Source: Octopus sinensis (Eukaryota). Taken from it: 64,000 bases of DNA. Positions within the stretch are counted from its first letter, which is position 1; the number at the start of each line of letters is the position of its first letter. The position numbers and the translations under genes are program-made. Of this stretch, positions 63,109-64,000 are shown one piece after another. The notes beneath the pieces were generated by a model, which had not been told where the DNA came from, ran no database searches, and saw only the letters and a list, made by a program, of their open reading frames with translations. The stretch covers positions 8,060,001-8,124,000 of the forward strand of contig NC_043003.1 in NCBI RefSeq assembly GCF_006345805.1, given 5' to 3'.

Positions 63109-63239
63109 TAAGTGTTTATGTATTTTGTATATTGTGTATACGTTTAACCCCATCTCCTTTCTTCTCCTTTTCTTTGCCTTGTCTTTTCATGTAAGCCCCA
63201 CACAAATTGTAAACTAATCTTTGTGATATCTCCCTCACT

Positions 63240-63400
63240 AGACGCACGGCAGTTTCTGAGTTCAAATTCCACTGCAGCCAGGTCAGCTTTGTCATCTTTT
63301 CCGGCCTCATGAAATTAAATTGCAACCAAGTACTGGAGTCAAGATAATCGACTTTCGCCTCTCCTCTCAAAGTTGGTGGCTTTGTGTCTAAATTAGAAAG
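63240..63400 (+). mobile_element. SINE family A, degenerate
   Basis: ttctgagttcaaattcc.. and tail ggtggctttgtgtctaaattagaaag. Confidence 0.55.
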
Positions 63401-64000
63401 AGCTATCATTTTTATCGATGCTAGAATTGCAGTTCTTATTGTTGCTGTAGCCAGAATCGAATTCCTGGCATAACCAGACGAACTTTCATTCTGAGGAAAT
63501 TTTGGTTGTTGGAGGAGGCGAATGTGCAGAGTGTGATAACGCGAATTGCGCTGATTTGTGAGTTATATTTTTAGTCCGTTTGTTCGTTGCAGAAATACAG
63601 TAATATCAGACAAGAGTAGCATATCTCGTTGTTGATTAAATTTATCATTTGCACAATGATGTGTATTTGCATAGACAAATGTATTACTTGTGATATGAGA
63701 TATCTCAAGCCTGCATCTACTGACTTTCTCTGATCTCAAACGCTTTCAATGCTAAGATGAGTGCTGGAGGAATTGCATCTTGCATTTGTGATGTTATCAA
63801 TGGCCTCTTTAAACCCTCATTCGTAATATCGATTTTGGTTTTTATTGTTTATTGTTTATAGCATTCCTGTTTTTGTTGCTATTCATGAAGCTTTCCAGTG
63901 TATCCTATTTACTAATATTCTTCGATCTTTGGGGAAGCAACATTTTCTCATTGGCATACTGTATACATTTTAATATTTCTACCTCCACCAGTTGTATGCA

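Noticed and set aside
1-64000. CRISPR array, prokaryotic operon, NUMT or viral insert
   Set aside because: No repeat-spacer arrays, gene-dense segments or recognisable organellar or viral proteins.

Overview
AT-rich eukaryotic, repeat-dominated, essentially non-genic DNA. The repeat content (tRNA-derived SINEs, dense (TA)n/(CA)n/(TACA)n/(TAA)n/(CAT)n microsatellites) most resembles an octopus/cephalopod genome; this is inferred from remembered repeat families, not from a search. No host gene could be supported, and almost all listed ORFs are microsatellite or low-complexity artefacts. Recognisable coding remnants are all transposon-derived: three mariner relics (a decayed full-length ~1.28 kb copy, an internally deleted 557 bp copy, and a fold-back made of two 5' ends), a Tc1/maT-type relic and two R4/Dong-type LINE 3' fragments in (TAA)n. 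Non-coding elements include a Helitron-like element, Tc1- and hAT-type MITEs, and many SINEs of about four families. Two things stand out. (1) At least six different short non-coding sequences carry type I hammerhead-ribozyme (HHR) folds; five sit in or against (TA)n arrays, and two have circularly permuted, more-than-monomer structure (565 bp and 472 bp periods), as expected for Penelope-related pLTR remnants or retrozyme-like elements copied from a circular or multimeric RNA. (2) A 5S rRNA head is fused to an R4/Dong LINE 3' end inside a (TAA)n tract, a candidate 5S-derived SINE mobilised by a (TAA)n-targeting LINE. All coordinates were counted by eye; boundaries of degenerate elements are approximate.
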